64,000 nt of DNA, taken from Isurus oxyrinchus. Lineage: Eukaryota. The stretch is from positions 6,386,001-6,450,000 of the forward strand of contig JANJGN010000038.1 of the NCBI GenBank assembly GCA_026770705.1, written 5' to 3'. Shown piece by piece: positions 48,193-61,665 of this stretch. The notes under the pieces are model-generated. The model did no database searches and was not told the DNA's origin. It worked only from the letters and a program-made list of their open reading frames with translations. Position 1 is the stretch's first letter; every line of letters begins with the position of its first letter. Position numbers and translations under genes: made by a program.

Positions 48193-48379
48193 AATGTTTA
48201 TGTTTGTTTTGTGCTTTATTGAGTTTGTCCCCTTTCCATAACCTCTCTAAACTTGACATTTTGGTCATTCTTTCACAAAGCTTTACCCACTGAAATATGC
48301 TCCAGTTGCCTCACTTCATTCCCAGACACAGATCCAGCACTGTTTTCATACTGAATGAGCGAGGGAACAAAAACACTGA

Positions 48380-48590
48380 TTATGTGAAATGTGCCGCCAG
48401 GAAGTCTGGTGAAGGCAGGTTCAATAGACGTATTCAAGAGAATATTAGATGATTATTTGAATAGAAACAATGTGAAGGAGTACGGGGATGGCAGGGCAAT
48501 GACACTAGGTCATAATGCTCACTTGGAAAGCCAGCACGGAAACAATGGGCCGAATGGCCTCCTTCTGTGCCGTTAAAAGTCTGATTCTGT
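48380..48590 (+). mobile_element. CR1 3' tail fragment
   Basis: VKAGSIDVFKRILDDYL; atgggccgaatggcctccttctgtgc. Confidence 0.7.
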
Positions 48591-48759
48591 AAAGTCGTGC
48601 TTGCATTCAATTCAAAATATTACCTCTTCTCTTGGCCGGTAGTATAGATCATATCCCAGTCTAAATTAGGATAATTGAAGGTTCACATTATCAACACTGT
48701 ACTTTTTTCTTCTTTTTTAAAGTAATAACATACAGATATCCTCCTTTATCTAAGATACA

Positions 48760-48921
48760 CATAAATGCTGCGGATGCTGGAAATCTGAAACAAAAGCAGT
48801 AAATACTGGAAAAACTCTGCAGGTCTAGCAAAATCTGTGGAGAGAGAGAAGGAGTTAACGTTTCGAGTCCGTATGGCTCTTCTTCAGTGCTGCTGAGTTT
48901 TTCCAACATTTTCTGTTTATG
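48760..48921 (-). mobile_element. Older Penelope-derived short element with canonical hammerhead core and short inverted extension
   Basis: Minus: CTGAAGA-a-gagcc/atacg/gactc-GAAA-c-GTT at 48887-48856; plus-strand tgctgagtttttccaac immediately after. Confidence 0.7.
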
Positions 48922-50149
48922 CTCTTGTATCTCCTTGCAACAATTTGGTGGTCTGAAGTATACATCCTAGCACAGCAGTTCCTCTTTTGCTCCTTAACGT
49001 TAACCAAATGGAATCCATCTTTGAGCACGCAATGATATCATCCTCCACCGTCCCCATCCCCCCCCCCCCGCCCCCACAACCCGCCACCACTTCTCCCCGC
49101 CCCCCAGCGCTTTAACATTTCATTCGACCAACATTGCTTCTTTATTCCATTCCCCATCATTGCTGATACATAATGGAAATAACAATTCAGTTTTTAATCC
49201 AAGCCGGTATTGAATCAGTTCCCTGTTCCTTCCACCATAGCAGAACGCCACATGGCGATTTTGTCTGCAGTCAAACTCCATTCATCACTACGTGCACTTG
49301 CACACGTGCTCTGCCAAACATTTCAAAGTATCTCGGAATTTGCCTCCAGTCTGTTTCCTCCTGTTTCTCAACTATTCTTAACTCTGCTGCTATTTGCCTC
49401 TCCTGGTGTTATGTGCGCCATGTTTTTTCCTCTCATCCTGTAGCTCACCTATTATTTGAAAAGAAATAATACCTCAACTCAATGGCACTAGTCCTTTTCT
49501 TGAATCAATTCACCGACCGGCACTTATAACAATAATTACGCTGGAATCTGTTTGTGTTCATGGCGAGCAGCTGCGATTTTCCTAAAATAGATATATATGA
49601 GGCAACACAAATAAGCAGATGGCAGAAAACTCGCAGCAAAACAGGCCGGATATTTATGTAAATTAGCACAGAAATAGGGCCACAACAGAGAGCTTAGTGA
49701 CAAAAGAGTAACCAGAAATTCCCCACCAACCAAAACAGATTTATGATGATCAACGAATGCAAATATTACAACGAGGAACACAGATTGCTTCAGTATTTGT
49801 TGATTCAAAGATTTTCTTTCCCATTAGTAAAAATGAAAAAAAAATGCAGGATCCTACACGGTGATAAGAGCAAAGAGTCTTCTGCAAAGCATGCAGTTCG
49901 ACAAAACAAAAAAAAACTTTTTTCTGCAAAAACATACCATTTCCAACATTTCTACTTAAACTGTAAGCATATTTCTGTGAATGGCCCATTTTTAATTTTA
50001 CAAGAGGTAGCAAAAACTCTATTTACGCATTGATTTACTGTTTGTAGCATATAAATTATTTTTTAAACCCTGTGTTCTCCAGATTTAAAATATTACTGGG
50101 CCTACCAATTAATTATCTGTTTTTTGTTCCCTCTTCTATTCAACCATCT

Positions 50150-51082
50150 TCTGTTGGTACATCAATGACCTTCCTTTCATCCTCAGGTCAGAAGTGGAGA
50201 TATTCGCTGATTGCACAATGTTCAGCACCATTCGCCACTCCTCAGATACTGAAGCAGTCCATGACCAAATGCAGCAAGACCTGGACAATATCCAGACTTG
50301 GGCTGACATTTGGCAATTAACATCCCCACCACACAAGTGAGAGGCAATAACCATCTCCAACAACTGAGTATCTAACCATTGCCCTTTGACGTTCAATGCA
50401 TTGCCATCGCTGAAATCCCCAATGTCAAATACCTTGGGGTTACCTTTAACAAGAAACTGAATTGGGCAAGCCATATACAATGTGTGACTACGAGAGCAAG
50501 TCAGAGGGTATGAATCCTGCGGTGAGTAACTCACCTTCTGACTCCCCAAAGCCTGTTCACCACCTACAAGGTACAGGTTAGGAGTCTCCCCACTTGCTGG
50601 ATGAGTGCAGCTCCAACAATACTCACGAAGCTGGACACCGTCTAGGCCAAAAATGCCGCTTGATTTTCACTACATCCTCAAACATTTACTCTCTCCACCA
50701 CCAACGCAATGTGGCAGCAAAGTGTACCAGCTACAAGATGCTCTGCAGGAATTCACCAAGGCTCCTGAGACAAAACCTTCCAAACCCACGACCGCTACCA
50801 TCTATAAAACAAGGACAGCGGACACATTGGGACACCAGCAACTGGGAGTTGCCCTTCAAGCAACTCATCATCCTGACTTGGAAGTATATTGCTGCTCCTT
50901 CGTGTGGCTGGGTCAAAATCCTGGAATTCCCTCCCTCACAGTTCTCTGGGTGGACCTACATCCCATGGACTGCAACAATTCATGAAGGCAGCTCACCAGC
51001 ACATTGGCAAGGGCATTCAGCAATAGGCAATAAATTCTGGCCTAACCAGAGAGGCCCATACCTCGTGAATGAATAACAAAAA
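50150..51082 (+). mobile_element. CR1/L2-group LINE 3' fragment
   Basis: atcaatgacc..atattcgctgattgc (INDL/FAD region); tail gtgaatgaataacaaaa. Confidence 0.82.
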
Positions 51083-53309
51083 GCCTTCCTTTTCCTGCCT
51101 TTTACTCTTCAATTCAAGACAGTTATTCCTACTTCCCTTCCCCTCTCTGCCAGTCTTCAATTCAGCAATTCAATTCCCTTTCCCTCTCTTTCCATGATCC
51201 ATTTATGAATATAAGTCACTTTTCTCTCTTTCCCACTTCAATTGAACAAATTACCTTTTTTTTCTATTTCTAACTGTTTTACTTTTCTATTCCATTGATG
51301 AGAGTTAGATCTCTTTGTCATATCTCAGTCAGAACTTCCTTTCACAATCAGTTAACATGTTTGACCACACATCAACAGACTCGCACTCTTAGGCTCTCTG
51401 TCGACCCACCAATTGGTCTGGCTGAAACCAGTCAGCATGGCCTCCTATCAATGATTACCCTTATCACCCATCACAATGCCCCTGCAGGATTCTTTAAGCA
51501 GTTGCTCGCCCTTTCTCTTTTTGAAGTACCCCCTTTCCCGCATCTATTGCTATCCCTGGCCTTTGGTTAACACTTCTGTTGAAATTAGTTTGAGAACAAT
51601 TTAACCTGCCTCTTCCACTGAGATTTCAGCCCTTTGTTGCCGTTGAGAATTCTGATAGATTGTTCTCCCTAAAAGTTAACTAATTGGCCAGCACCAAAGT
51701 TGACCGTTTGTGGCAGGGACTTATTCTGAACTGATTTGTACTGTTTATTACGTAAAACATTTTTATTTTCAGCTTACACTTGCAGTAACATGGTGAAGTT
51801 TCATGTGCATCAGGCCTTTATACATATTGCCTTCTACATGCACTATTCAACCATGGACTGAAGAATATGGGGTATGTCACCCAGATGTGTACAGATTGTG
51901 GATCTAATTAATCGTGCTGCAAATGAATGCACACAGCACCTGATGATGCACAGTCTGGACCGTCAGAACTCCCGCACATAACATGGCGAAGGTGAAAAAT
52001 GCAGGTTGTAAGGAGACGTCGAAAATGGAAAAGCAATCATTTCATCATCAGAACCATTCACTGGCCACAGTTGCAAAATGCCAATGTAGGAAGATGTGTG
52101 GCTGAAAAGGATAGGTTTATGACAAAACATTTCAATCCAGTCATTTCGTCGGGTTAGCCCATCAGCTGAGGCAGGCCCGGTCTAACATTATAAAGCCTGG
52201 TTCAGAATGCTGGCTCAGATGTGGTGGCAATACAGAATAGCACTTGATCCTATCAGCCTTTCCACTAAAGGCTGTTCCACGTGTTAGAACACATATTCGA
52301 TGATGCAATGGGTGTAGATTGTGCTCAGGTGGAAGTTTCCCTTTTCTCGTTGAAAACGAAACAACGGGGTTTATGGAATCTGGAGCCGGAAGACAAATAG
52401 CTGAGGACCACGGCAGGCCTGGTGCCAATTCAGATGGTCGTGTGTTGGCAATGATGAGACACTTGTATAGATGGCGATGAGGAGCCTGCTTATTGACTAT
52501 CTGTCAAATGAGCATAATTTACATTATATAATATGGGAAATGGGGCTAAAACATATGATAGCAGATAATTCCACTTGAAGAGATTGCGTCAGCGTGTTCT
52601 AGTGAAATAGCGACCCCATGTGGCTATGAGTGATATAACTCGAACGTTGCACGAACATAACTGTATTGTTCTGGAATTTATTTTCCATAGCAACACAACA
52701 CTGTGAGACTAAATTGTAATGAAACAAGTTCCCAATGCATTCATTTCCAAGACTTTCCCCGTTTCTGTTCTGAGTCAGATGGAATTCAAACTGAGGACCC
52801 TAGGGAAGCTCATGCTTTGCTGTTGTGGAAAATTAATCGATAATTGTAAAATTCTTTACTTAGATAATCAATAATCCGAACTGCTAAAAATCAAATACCA
52901 CATCTTTAACTGTAAATTTGCCTGGTATAAGTCCCAGAAAGTATTTGAGAGTAGGTTATGGGGTTTAACTGCAATTCATCAACTAATTCATTCCGTTAAT
53001 GGAATTACCACTATTTCCATTAATGCCACAATCTCCCACTTCAGATTCCTGGAGCATTGGGATGATTTGGGAGAAAGAAAGACCTTCAAATGCCGATGGG
53101 CTGCAACTCAAAGGCTCCAAAATAAATATCCTGGTATGATTGTTCGCTGGTGTTTTTGGAAATGGTTTTAATTATCTTGGCCGGACGATGAGAATCTGAA
53201 CGTCCACTTGGATTGGATAGAAGCACAGCTTGAAATTTTAGGCAGATAATTAAAAGGCCCTAACGATAGACAGGGGAAGCAAAGATTTGAATTTAGGCAA
53301 CACGATCGA

Positions 53310-53960
53310 AAGAAATGGGAGCAGGAGTGGGCCATTTGCTCTCGAGCCTACTCGGCCATTTAACAAGATCATGGCTGACCTGATTGTGACATTAACTCTA
53401 CTTTCCCGCCTGCCGTCATAACCTGTGGCTCCCTTGTAGATCAAAATTCTGTCTCATTCAGCCTTGAACATATTCAATTACCCAACCCCCACCTCTCCCT
53501 GGGGAAAATAATTCCAAAGACTGACGACCATCTGAGAGAAGAATTTCGTTTTAGCCCCCGTCCTAAAAGGGTGAGCCCTTATTATTGTACAATGACAATA
53601 CTAAAATACTAAAAGGGAAAGGCAGGGTGGATGCAGGTCAGATGTTGGTCCACGCCGGGGAGTCTAGAACCAGGAACACAAGTTCAAAATAAGGTAGAAT
53701 CCACTTAGGACAGATGAGGGTTGCTTTTTTTTCCCAGAGGTTTGTGAATCTTTGGGATTCTCTAACCCATAGGGCTGTAGAAGCTTAGCCATTGAGTATG
53801 TTTAAAGTAGAGGTCGACATATCTCTAAATACCAATGACATAAAATGGATTTGGGAATAATGTGGGGAAAGGTATTGAAGTAGATGACCAGACACGATAG
53901 TATTGCGTGGCGGGGCAGGCTGGACATGAGCAATGGCTCACTCCCCCTCTTATGTTCCTG
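53310..53960. mobile_element. Two CR1 3'-tail fragments in opposite orientation (53310-53600 minus, 53610-53960 plus)
   Basis: Both match the CR1 tails at 7380-7650 and 9430-9740. Confidence 0.6.
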
Positions 53961-55059
53961 TGGATCCTCTCTCTCTCTCTGCTTCATGCCCTCTGACAAT
54001 CTCTTCCTCAACTGACTGATTATCATCCCAGGGATTTCTCTCCATCCCCTTCATCGTCACGTCAGAGATCCCTTCAGAGTCTCCAGGTTATGGGAAAAGC
54101 AACATATTTCTGTTCACATTCCAGGATCTTCCAAAATTATATCTCTGGTGCGCAGTCACTTTCCCACGAAGCAAACTAGAGTAAAGGCTCAAGGTCATTT
54201 GTTATTGAATATCATAACGTAAAGGGAGGGAATAATTAACAACCCTTCTGAAATCCTCAGACTTATATGCAGCAATTCGTGTTGGTGTCTTAACTCTTTC
54301 TCTGTCCCAATCTCCCCACCACCACCGCTCCCTACCACGTTACTGTTGAGGACGAGCTTCCTCCCTAATCAGCTTTCGTGCTTAACCACTGCCTCAGTTC
54401 TTTCCAGTTTCCCTGCCCTTTATAGCGTTGGACAGACTCACTACCATTGAGATGCCAAGGGCTCTCTCCCTCGGGGTCATAACCCTGAGTCAGGAGTCAC
54501 AGGCGGAACAAACTTCACCACTGGACAGAGGTTGGAACCGGCCATGATCCCTGCTCCTGTATCAATGCGGGTAACAACCAAGCACAGTGATGTGACATCA
54601 TCAATGCAGGGTCAATCAGCGATAGGCACGTCTGTGTGACGTCATAGTCCTGCCCATACCTGCCGTTTATTGTAAAGAGCAGTTCGATTGAAACTGACTT
54701 CAATTCTCATCAAAATCCTCATTCCTCAATCCTCATTCAATGTTAACACTCATTGGACCATGAAATGCAATGACTCTGCCAGTTTACTTTGTTTGTATCC
54801 TGTGTCTTAGCGCCTCAATTTGTATATAGTCCTTGTTCTTCATATACCATTGTATGCGGCGTAGCCTCATGACAGAAAGACATTTCCTGAAAGCTGCAGC
54901 TCTCACCAGTGGCACCGGTCAATTGGCAGCTCTGTAAGTTTAAGCAAAGATGGGGGACCTCAAATGGAATTATTTCATGGGAGATCTCAAATGGAAACTG
55001 CGACTGTAAATTAAAATATTGATGAATATGCCTGGGTTATCATCAGTAAAGTGTTGGAA

Positions 55060-56230
55060 GGGGTCATTAACAGTGCAAACAAAAGGCATTTATTTATCAA
55101 TAACCTGCTCCCTGAGGCTCAGTTTCAGTTCCGCCAGTGTCGCTCAGCTCATGATCTCATTACAGCCTGAGTTCAAATATGGCCAATACAGCTGAACTCC
55201 CGAGTTGATGTGAGATTGACTGCCCATGAGGTTAAGGCCGCATTTGACTGAGTGTTGCATCAAGCAGCCCAAGCAAAGCTTGAATCAATGGGATCTGGGG
55301 AAAAACACTTCACTGGTTGCAGTCATAACGAGCACAAAGGAAGAAGATTGTGGTTGTTTGACATCAATCATCTCAGTTCCAGGATATCACTGCAGGAGCT
55401 CGTCAGGATCCTGCCTTAGGCCCAACCATCTTCAGCTGCTCCATCAATGACCTTCCTTCCATCATAAGGTCAGAAGTGGAGATGTTTGCTGATGATTGCA
55501 CAACGCCCAGCATCATTCATGACTCCTCAGATACTAAAGCAGTCCATATCCAAATGCAGCAGGGCCTGGACAATATCCAGGCTTGGGCTGACAAGTGGTA
55601 AGGAACATTCACACCACGGAATTACCATCTCCAACAAGAAAAAATCTAACTATCGCTCCTTGACAATCCACCCACCCCACCCCACCCCACCTCCCACCAT
55701 CAATATCCTGGGGGTTACCGTTGGCCAGAAACTGAACCGGAGTAGGCATATAAATGCTGTGGCTACAAGGGCACGTCAGGCGCTAGGAATCCTACGGCAA
55801 GTAACTCACTTCCTGACTCCCTAAAGCTTGCCTACCATCTACAAGGCCCAAGTCAGGAATGTGACGGTGTACTCTCCCCTTGCCTGGATGAATGTGTAGC
55901 TCCAACAAGGCCCAGGAAGATAAACAATATGCAGGAAAAAGCAACTAGTATGATTGGCAACTCACCCACAAACGATAGATGGGGGTGCCACGGCCGGAGA
56001 GATCCCCTCCAATCTACTTACCATCCTAACTTGGAAATATATCACTGTTCCTTCACTGTCATTGGGTCAAATTCCTGGAACTCCCTCCGTAGCCACACAG
56101 TTGCCACATCACAGGAAGTGCAGCAGTTCAAGAAGGCTACTCACCACCACCCTCTCAAGGCCAATTAGGGATGGGCACTAAATGCTGGCCCAGCCAGCGA
56201 AGCCCACATCCCATAAATCAACAATAAAAC
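55060..56230 (+). mobile_element. CR1/L2-group LINE 3' fragment
   Basis: caggatcctgccttaggccca (QGS.LGP), tttgctgatgat (FADD), LGILRQVTHFL; family 3' tail. Confidence 0.85.
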
Positions 56231-56549
56231 CGATTATGGTGTTATTGTTTTGATCTTATTATTGCTGCAATTGATGCCCTTTGGCTACGGTTTCTATGTA
56301 ATATTGATTTTGAGATTAATTGGCTCTGTTTTTTTTTGAATGCCCAAGTCACAACCTTTTCAGTGAAACAGATGGACTTCACTTAAATAATTTCACAATG
56401 ATGAGGCTCGGCTGTTGGTTTCATCAGAATAAATTGTTGCGATATTACTAATTATCAAATAATGGAACCAAAAATGATTAAGTCTGTAAATTAAGGGTGA
56501 TTAATATTTTGTTATTGAAGGTTAGTCAGCATTTTGGGTCAAACATGGT

Positions 56550-56730
56550 TATGTGTGCTTTGTGTGTGTGTTACTGTGGGTGTGTGTGATTGTGTTGGTC
56601 TGCGTATTTGTGCGTCTATGTATGCGTGTATTTGTGTGAGTGTGTGTTTCTACATATGTATGTATGTGTCCATTTGTGTATGTATATGTGTGTGTTCGTG
56701 TGTTTGTATGTATTCGTGTGTGGTTGTGTG

Positions 56731-56769
<39 letters not shown>

Positions 56770-57085
56770 GTGTTTGTGTTTACTTGTACATATCTGTGCA
56801 TATGTGTGTGTCTGTATACATCTTTGTTTCTGTGCGTGCGTGTCTATGCGTATGTGTCCGTTTGTGTATGCAAGCATAGGTGTCCGTGTGTGTGCATGTG
56901 TGTTTGTGTTTGTGTGTGTTTATCCGTGAATGTGCTTCCGCGTGTGTGTGTGCACGTGTGCTATTGTGTACCTGCATATTTGTGAGCATACGTGTGTCTG
57001 TGTTTGTGTGTATAAGTGCATCTGTGTTTGTGTGACTGTGTGCTTTCGTGTGCACCTTTGTGTCTTTGTGTGCATGTGTTCATGT
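56550..57085. repeat. Degenerate (TG)n microsatellite tract
   Basis: Direct observation. Confidence 0.95.
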
Positions 57086-57759
57086 GATCCTCAGTTTGAT
57101 TTCCATCAGATCGATGTATCAATCAAGCCTATCAATCTGGAACAACGTGAGATACATACCAAGGAAAATCACCCTTAACAGTGTCCCGCAAACCCCTCCA
57201 GTTCAGATACGTAACTGAAGAAAGATGGAGTAAAGCTACCTTCACACTTTACATTGAAAGATTCCAAGTTCAGGCAGGTCACTGACAAAATGCACGGTTC
57301 TGGATGGATCAGGAGTCATTACGCCTGATAATGGGTAATAGATCAGCATTCACTTTGGAATAATGAGACATATTATTTAATTTCATTAAATTACTCTGGC
57401 CATTTATTTCACATGTTACCTTTATATTTCCTTGGTGTCACACTCATTTCTCAGATTGATGTGTTATTTGTCTCTTTTGTCCGATGAAAAGTGAATTCTT
57501 GTGCATTCTCCTCACGTCTTTCTTCTACCACTTGTCTCTAGACTGTAGCACAGCACAACATCGGACAGCCAATTCTTGTTAGTAGGTAATTTAAAAGAAA
57601 TGCGAAATAGCGTTGTCATTCCTCTTCATGATGCATTAGTATCTAAAATTAAGCCACATCACAGGGGCAGTTGGCAGAGTAAGAAGATAATTAACATAAT
57701 GATACGTACGAGGGGAATTACATGTATTATTTGTAGATATAGATGACATCAATAAATTT

Positions 57760-57768
57760 ATCAGTCTA

Positions 57769-57806
<38 letters not shown>

Positions 57807-57850
57807 CATTGATCGATCTATCGGACTTCTGTCTGTCCATCCATCCATCA
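57760..57850. repeat. Compound (TCTG)n/(TCTA)n/(TCCA)n microsatellite
   Basis: Direct observation. Confidence 0.85.
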
Positions 57851-59279
57851 ACTCTCGCTGCACTCTGATCCTGAAAGTTTCTCGACCTAAAATATTAACA
57901 CTGTTCGTATCCCCACAAACGCTGCCTGGACTATTGTTTCAAGATAATTGCGAATGTGTGTCCTGTTGAGCATTTCCGCATTTTGTTTTTAATTCATTTA
58001 CCTGCTGTGGCCACAGGATGGCGCACCAGCATCCCAATCTTGTTAAAACCCGCGGACCTGCCGGTTCAATGGCTTCACAGGTGACAGCTGGGATTTCAGG
58101 AAACACAACGGTGTCCTAAAATCTTGCACGGTGGCTTGTTTAGGGCAGGAAACTATTAATAAGTTTAAGTGTCACGTTATGGAAAAATGTGACATTAAAA
58201 TCTCGGGTAGATTGCATTGCATGGTCCAATCTGTTGTCCGTAAAAAGAATAAAACATCCTCAATCCAAAATGATTTTTTAACGTCTCATTAATAGACAGA
58301 CAGAAAATTGCTTCTAGCTTTCATGAGTGGATGTTATTATAAGCATTGACCACACCTTGAAATTTTCTATAAACAGCTTGGACGTCCAAATTCCTTCACC
58401 ATTACACAAGACTCAGTGTGATAACATTTCCGGCCAGGAAAGAAGCATTCTTGTCTTTCTGTGTGAAGGCAATACAAAGGAAGATAATATTTCTGTTCGA
58501 TTTCAAATAGGTAGCCTTACACGTGTGAAAAATACGCGATAAGCAATCCATTACAGAAACACACCACAGCAAACAACATGGAGGAACAGCCAAAATTTTA
58601 AATAGTGCAGGCTTGACGCACACCGGAACCTTTTTAATTTTCCCTTTAGGAATCATGTTCGAGAACGAGGTATTAGGAAAGTTGCAGAATTTGGTCCAAG
58701 AAATTGTATTACAACATTACAACGTGCTAGGCCATTCGGCAATTGTACCGAGTCCGGATCTTTGAAACAGCTGTCAAATTAGTCCCGATTCTTGCCTTTT
58801 TTCCCCATTACCCTGCAATTCTCCCGTTCAAGCAATTATACAATTCTCCATTGAAACTCGTGAGTTAAGAAAAAACGTTATGGACAGTTGTGCAGGAGCC
58901 TTTGCAGTTTCGATGCAATGTGCTTGACATTTGCTGGAGTTCCCCTACCCAAAAACACTGCAAGTTCAATTCGGGATTCTGAATCCGTCTTGAAAATTTA
59001 TTATTGTAGAACTGATTCCCAATCGAATTTGATCAATACTTATTCCGATCAAACAAGGCTTTGCTTTACTGAGTCGTTTCACATTAACTATGAAATCGGA
59101 CACTATCGGGCTGTATGAGTTGCGGAACGTTTTGCTATAGCTATAGAAAACTGGGTTATATTACATCGGTTCGATACACACAGTAGAAAAACTGAAAATC
59201 TTTATTATAAGCATAAACAGAGACAGCTCGAAATTGTAGCAATCAACAAAATTCTATGGATTTTGGAATGGCCCCAGCG

Positions 59280-60490
59280 TGTAGGAAAACCAGAAAAGTA
59301 GAAAGCAGGACGATAGCTCTGTTCGTCTAACATCTGTCACAGGGAAAATGCTTGAGACATTATTCAGGAGACAACATCAGGGCATACAGAAACTCATAAT
59401 ACAACCAGCCAAAGTCAAAAATGTTTTGTGAAAGGGCCATAAAGGTGCTTGACCAAAGTATTCAAGGTCCTTGAGGAGGTAAAAAGCAGGGTGTATAATG
59501 GAGAATGAACAGATACTGTGTATTTAGGTTTCCAAAAAGGCAGTCGAAAAGGTGCCACCGAAAGTCTTGCTAAGCAAGGTAGGAGATACTGAGGGTAACA
59601 CATTAAACTGGATACAGGACTGCTTACCTAACAGTAAGCAGAGAGCCCGCAAAATGGATCACTTTCGGGATGACAAACTAACTAAAGGAGTGCAACGGGT
59701 CTCAGTGCTGGGGTATGAACTCTTTATGATATGTATCAATGACCTGGAGGGAGGGACTGAGAATAGGGTGACTAAATTTGCTGATGACACAAAAATATCA
59801 GGGATAGCAAGTTGTGAGCAGCACAGCAAAAGCCTGTAAAAAGATATGCATAGTTAGTGGGCAGAAAAGTGACAGGCGGAGAATAATGTAGGAAATAGTG
59901 ATATTGACCACTTTGACAGGAACAAAGGAAAAGCAGATTAGGATATCAATGGAGAGTCTGCAGCAATCTGTGTTACAGAACGATATGGGTTTATTGTTAC
60001 ATGAATCACTAAAAGCTAGTTTGCAGATGCAGTAAGTATTTGGGAAGTTAAATGGAAAGTTGACATTTATTGGATAGGGAGTGAGCCGTATAATGAAGGC
60101 AATGTTTCAACAAATATACAGGCCCTTAGTGAGACTGCGTTTTGAGCATTGTGTGCAGTTTTGACCTCCTGACTTAAGGAGTGATATAATTACTTTGGAA
60201 GGAGTTGAGAGAAGGTTCACGAGGCTGATTCCTGAGGTCAAGTGTTTGCCAGATCAGAAAAGCTTGAGAAGGTTTGGCCTTTAAGCGTTAGAGTTTAGCA
60301 AAATGAAAGGTGACCTTATTGAAACATAAACGATTCTTTGAGGCTTTGGCCGGGTGCATCCAGGGAGGACGTTTCCCCTTATAATGGAGTCAAGGACTAG
60401 GGGGTGCATAGTTAAAATTGGGGTTTCCAATTTGAGATGAATATGAGGAGGTTCAGTAGACTTTTGAATTCTCTTCCTCGGGAAAAGAGA
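59280..60490 (+). mobile_element. Degenerate CR1 LINE ORF2 fragment abutting the truncated end of the second GPCR
   Basis: WIQDCL, ICINDL, TKFADDTKI. Confidence 0.85.
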
Positions 60491-60499
60491 GGCAGCTGG

Positions 60500-61249
60500 G
60501 GCATTGATTTGGAAATGGAACTGGTAAAACAGCTATTTCCTGTAATTTATGCAAACAGGAAATGCACAATATATGTCAACTCCTGCAGGAGAATACTGCC
60601 TGACATGGAGGAGAGTAGAAAAATAGACTTGCTGTGGCTGCCCATCTCTGGGTCAAACTGATTCTCTCCACTTCTGTAGGATCAGAGTCTGCTGCGGGAT
60701 CTACTTGCCAGGAGAATTTTTCTGACTGTCACAGTATCGAGCAGTAAAATCAGGAGGAAGAAGAGGCATGGAGTTAGAATACAATCCAGCCAGTCAAACA
60801 TTCTCCATGGAACTGAAATATAAAATGCCAATGTTATGCTCCAGAGACAGACTACATTATTAAAGATATACATAGGTTAATTTATGAAATAAAAAGTGAT
60901 GTTTATCAAAGAAACCAGCATCCAGACCATTGCTTAAATTACAGCTGCTGTTTTTTCAGTGCAGCATTTCATTTTCAACTCCAGGTGACAAATGGCTAGA
61001 AAGCGGTAAAAGGTGAAAGCGAAAGTTAACCAGAGGGAGCAGTCTCTGGAAGGGAAGCTTAGAGCAACAATAAGACGACAGGTGAGAGTGGTGGACATAA
61101 AACTGTCTGGAAAATAAACAGCCAGAAACAGCTTAATACCAGTGTATTGATAATCACAAGGAGATCTGTCACTGCCATGGATACCAGATACTTGGCATCT
61201 GGAGAGACCACATCGTCCTCGGAAAGGGTCATGATCGTGAGAAAGTTAG
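60500..61249 (-). pseudogene. Second GPR139/GPR142-like GPCR pseudogene (several frameshifts and stops, 3' end lost)
   Basis: Acceptor ctgccttacag ending 61250 after a CT-rich tract; ANFLTIMTL..GRCGLSRC..YLVSMAVTDL; FAFTFYRFLAIC; FDWLDCILTPCLFFLLILLLDTVTVRKILLASRSRSRL; GENQFDPEM; clearly paralogous to 10105-11014. Confidence 0.82.
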
Positions 61250-61665
61250 CTGTAAGGCAGAGAGAGAAAGAGAGAGAGTTGGAGAGAGAAGGACGGAATT
61301 AGTGCTGAAATTCCCAGCTACAACATCAGTTTGATGGTATGGCGGAATGATATGGAATATGGATCATCAATACTTGATTCAACGGTGGAACTGATAAGTT
61401 TACCAATGTAAAGATAGTACACTAGGCTACAGAGACAAGACACTTGCCCCCTGTAAAAGCCATTACCCAGACAAGCAACCACAGAGACATAGCTCGGCCA
61501 TCTTGAGGACACAAAGGGTTGAGTTCTGAGAGAATTCCTTTTAAAAGTTAAGAGAAAGGCACACTATACTATTAAGAAATTGTACTGGATCGTAAGTACT
61601 TAACTTCTTCAAATCAATATTTGTTCGAAAATCAAGATTGTTCAATAACATGGATTTAAAATTTT

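Noticed and set aside
54583-54625. CACAGTG heptamer as a possible recombination signal
   Set aside because: No ACAAAAACC-like nonamer at 12 or 23 bp and no V segment adjacent
56534-57178. Cys/Val- and His/Thr-rich ORFs
   Set aside because: Artefacts of the (TG)n tract
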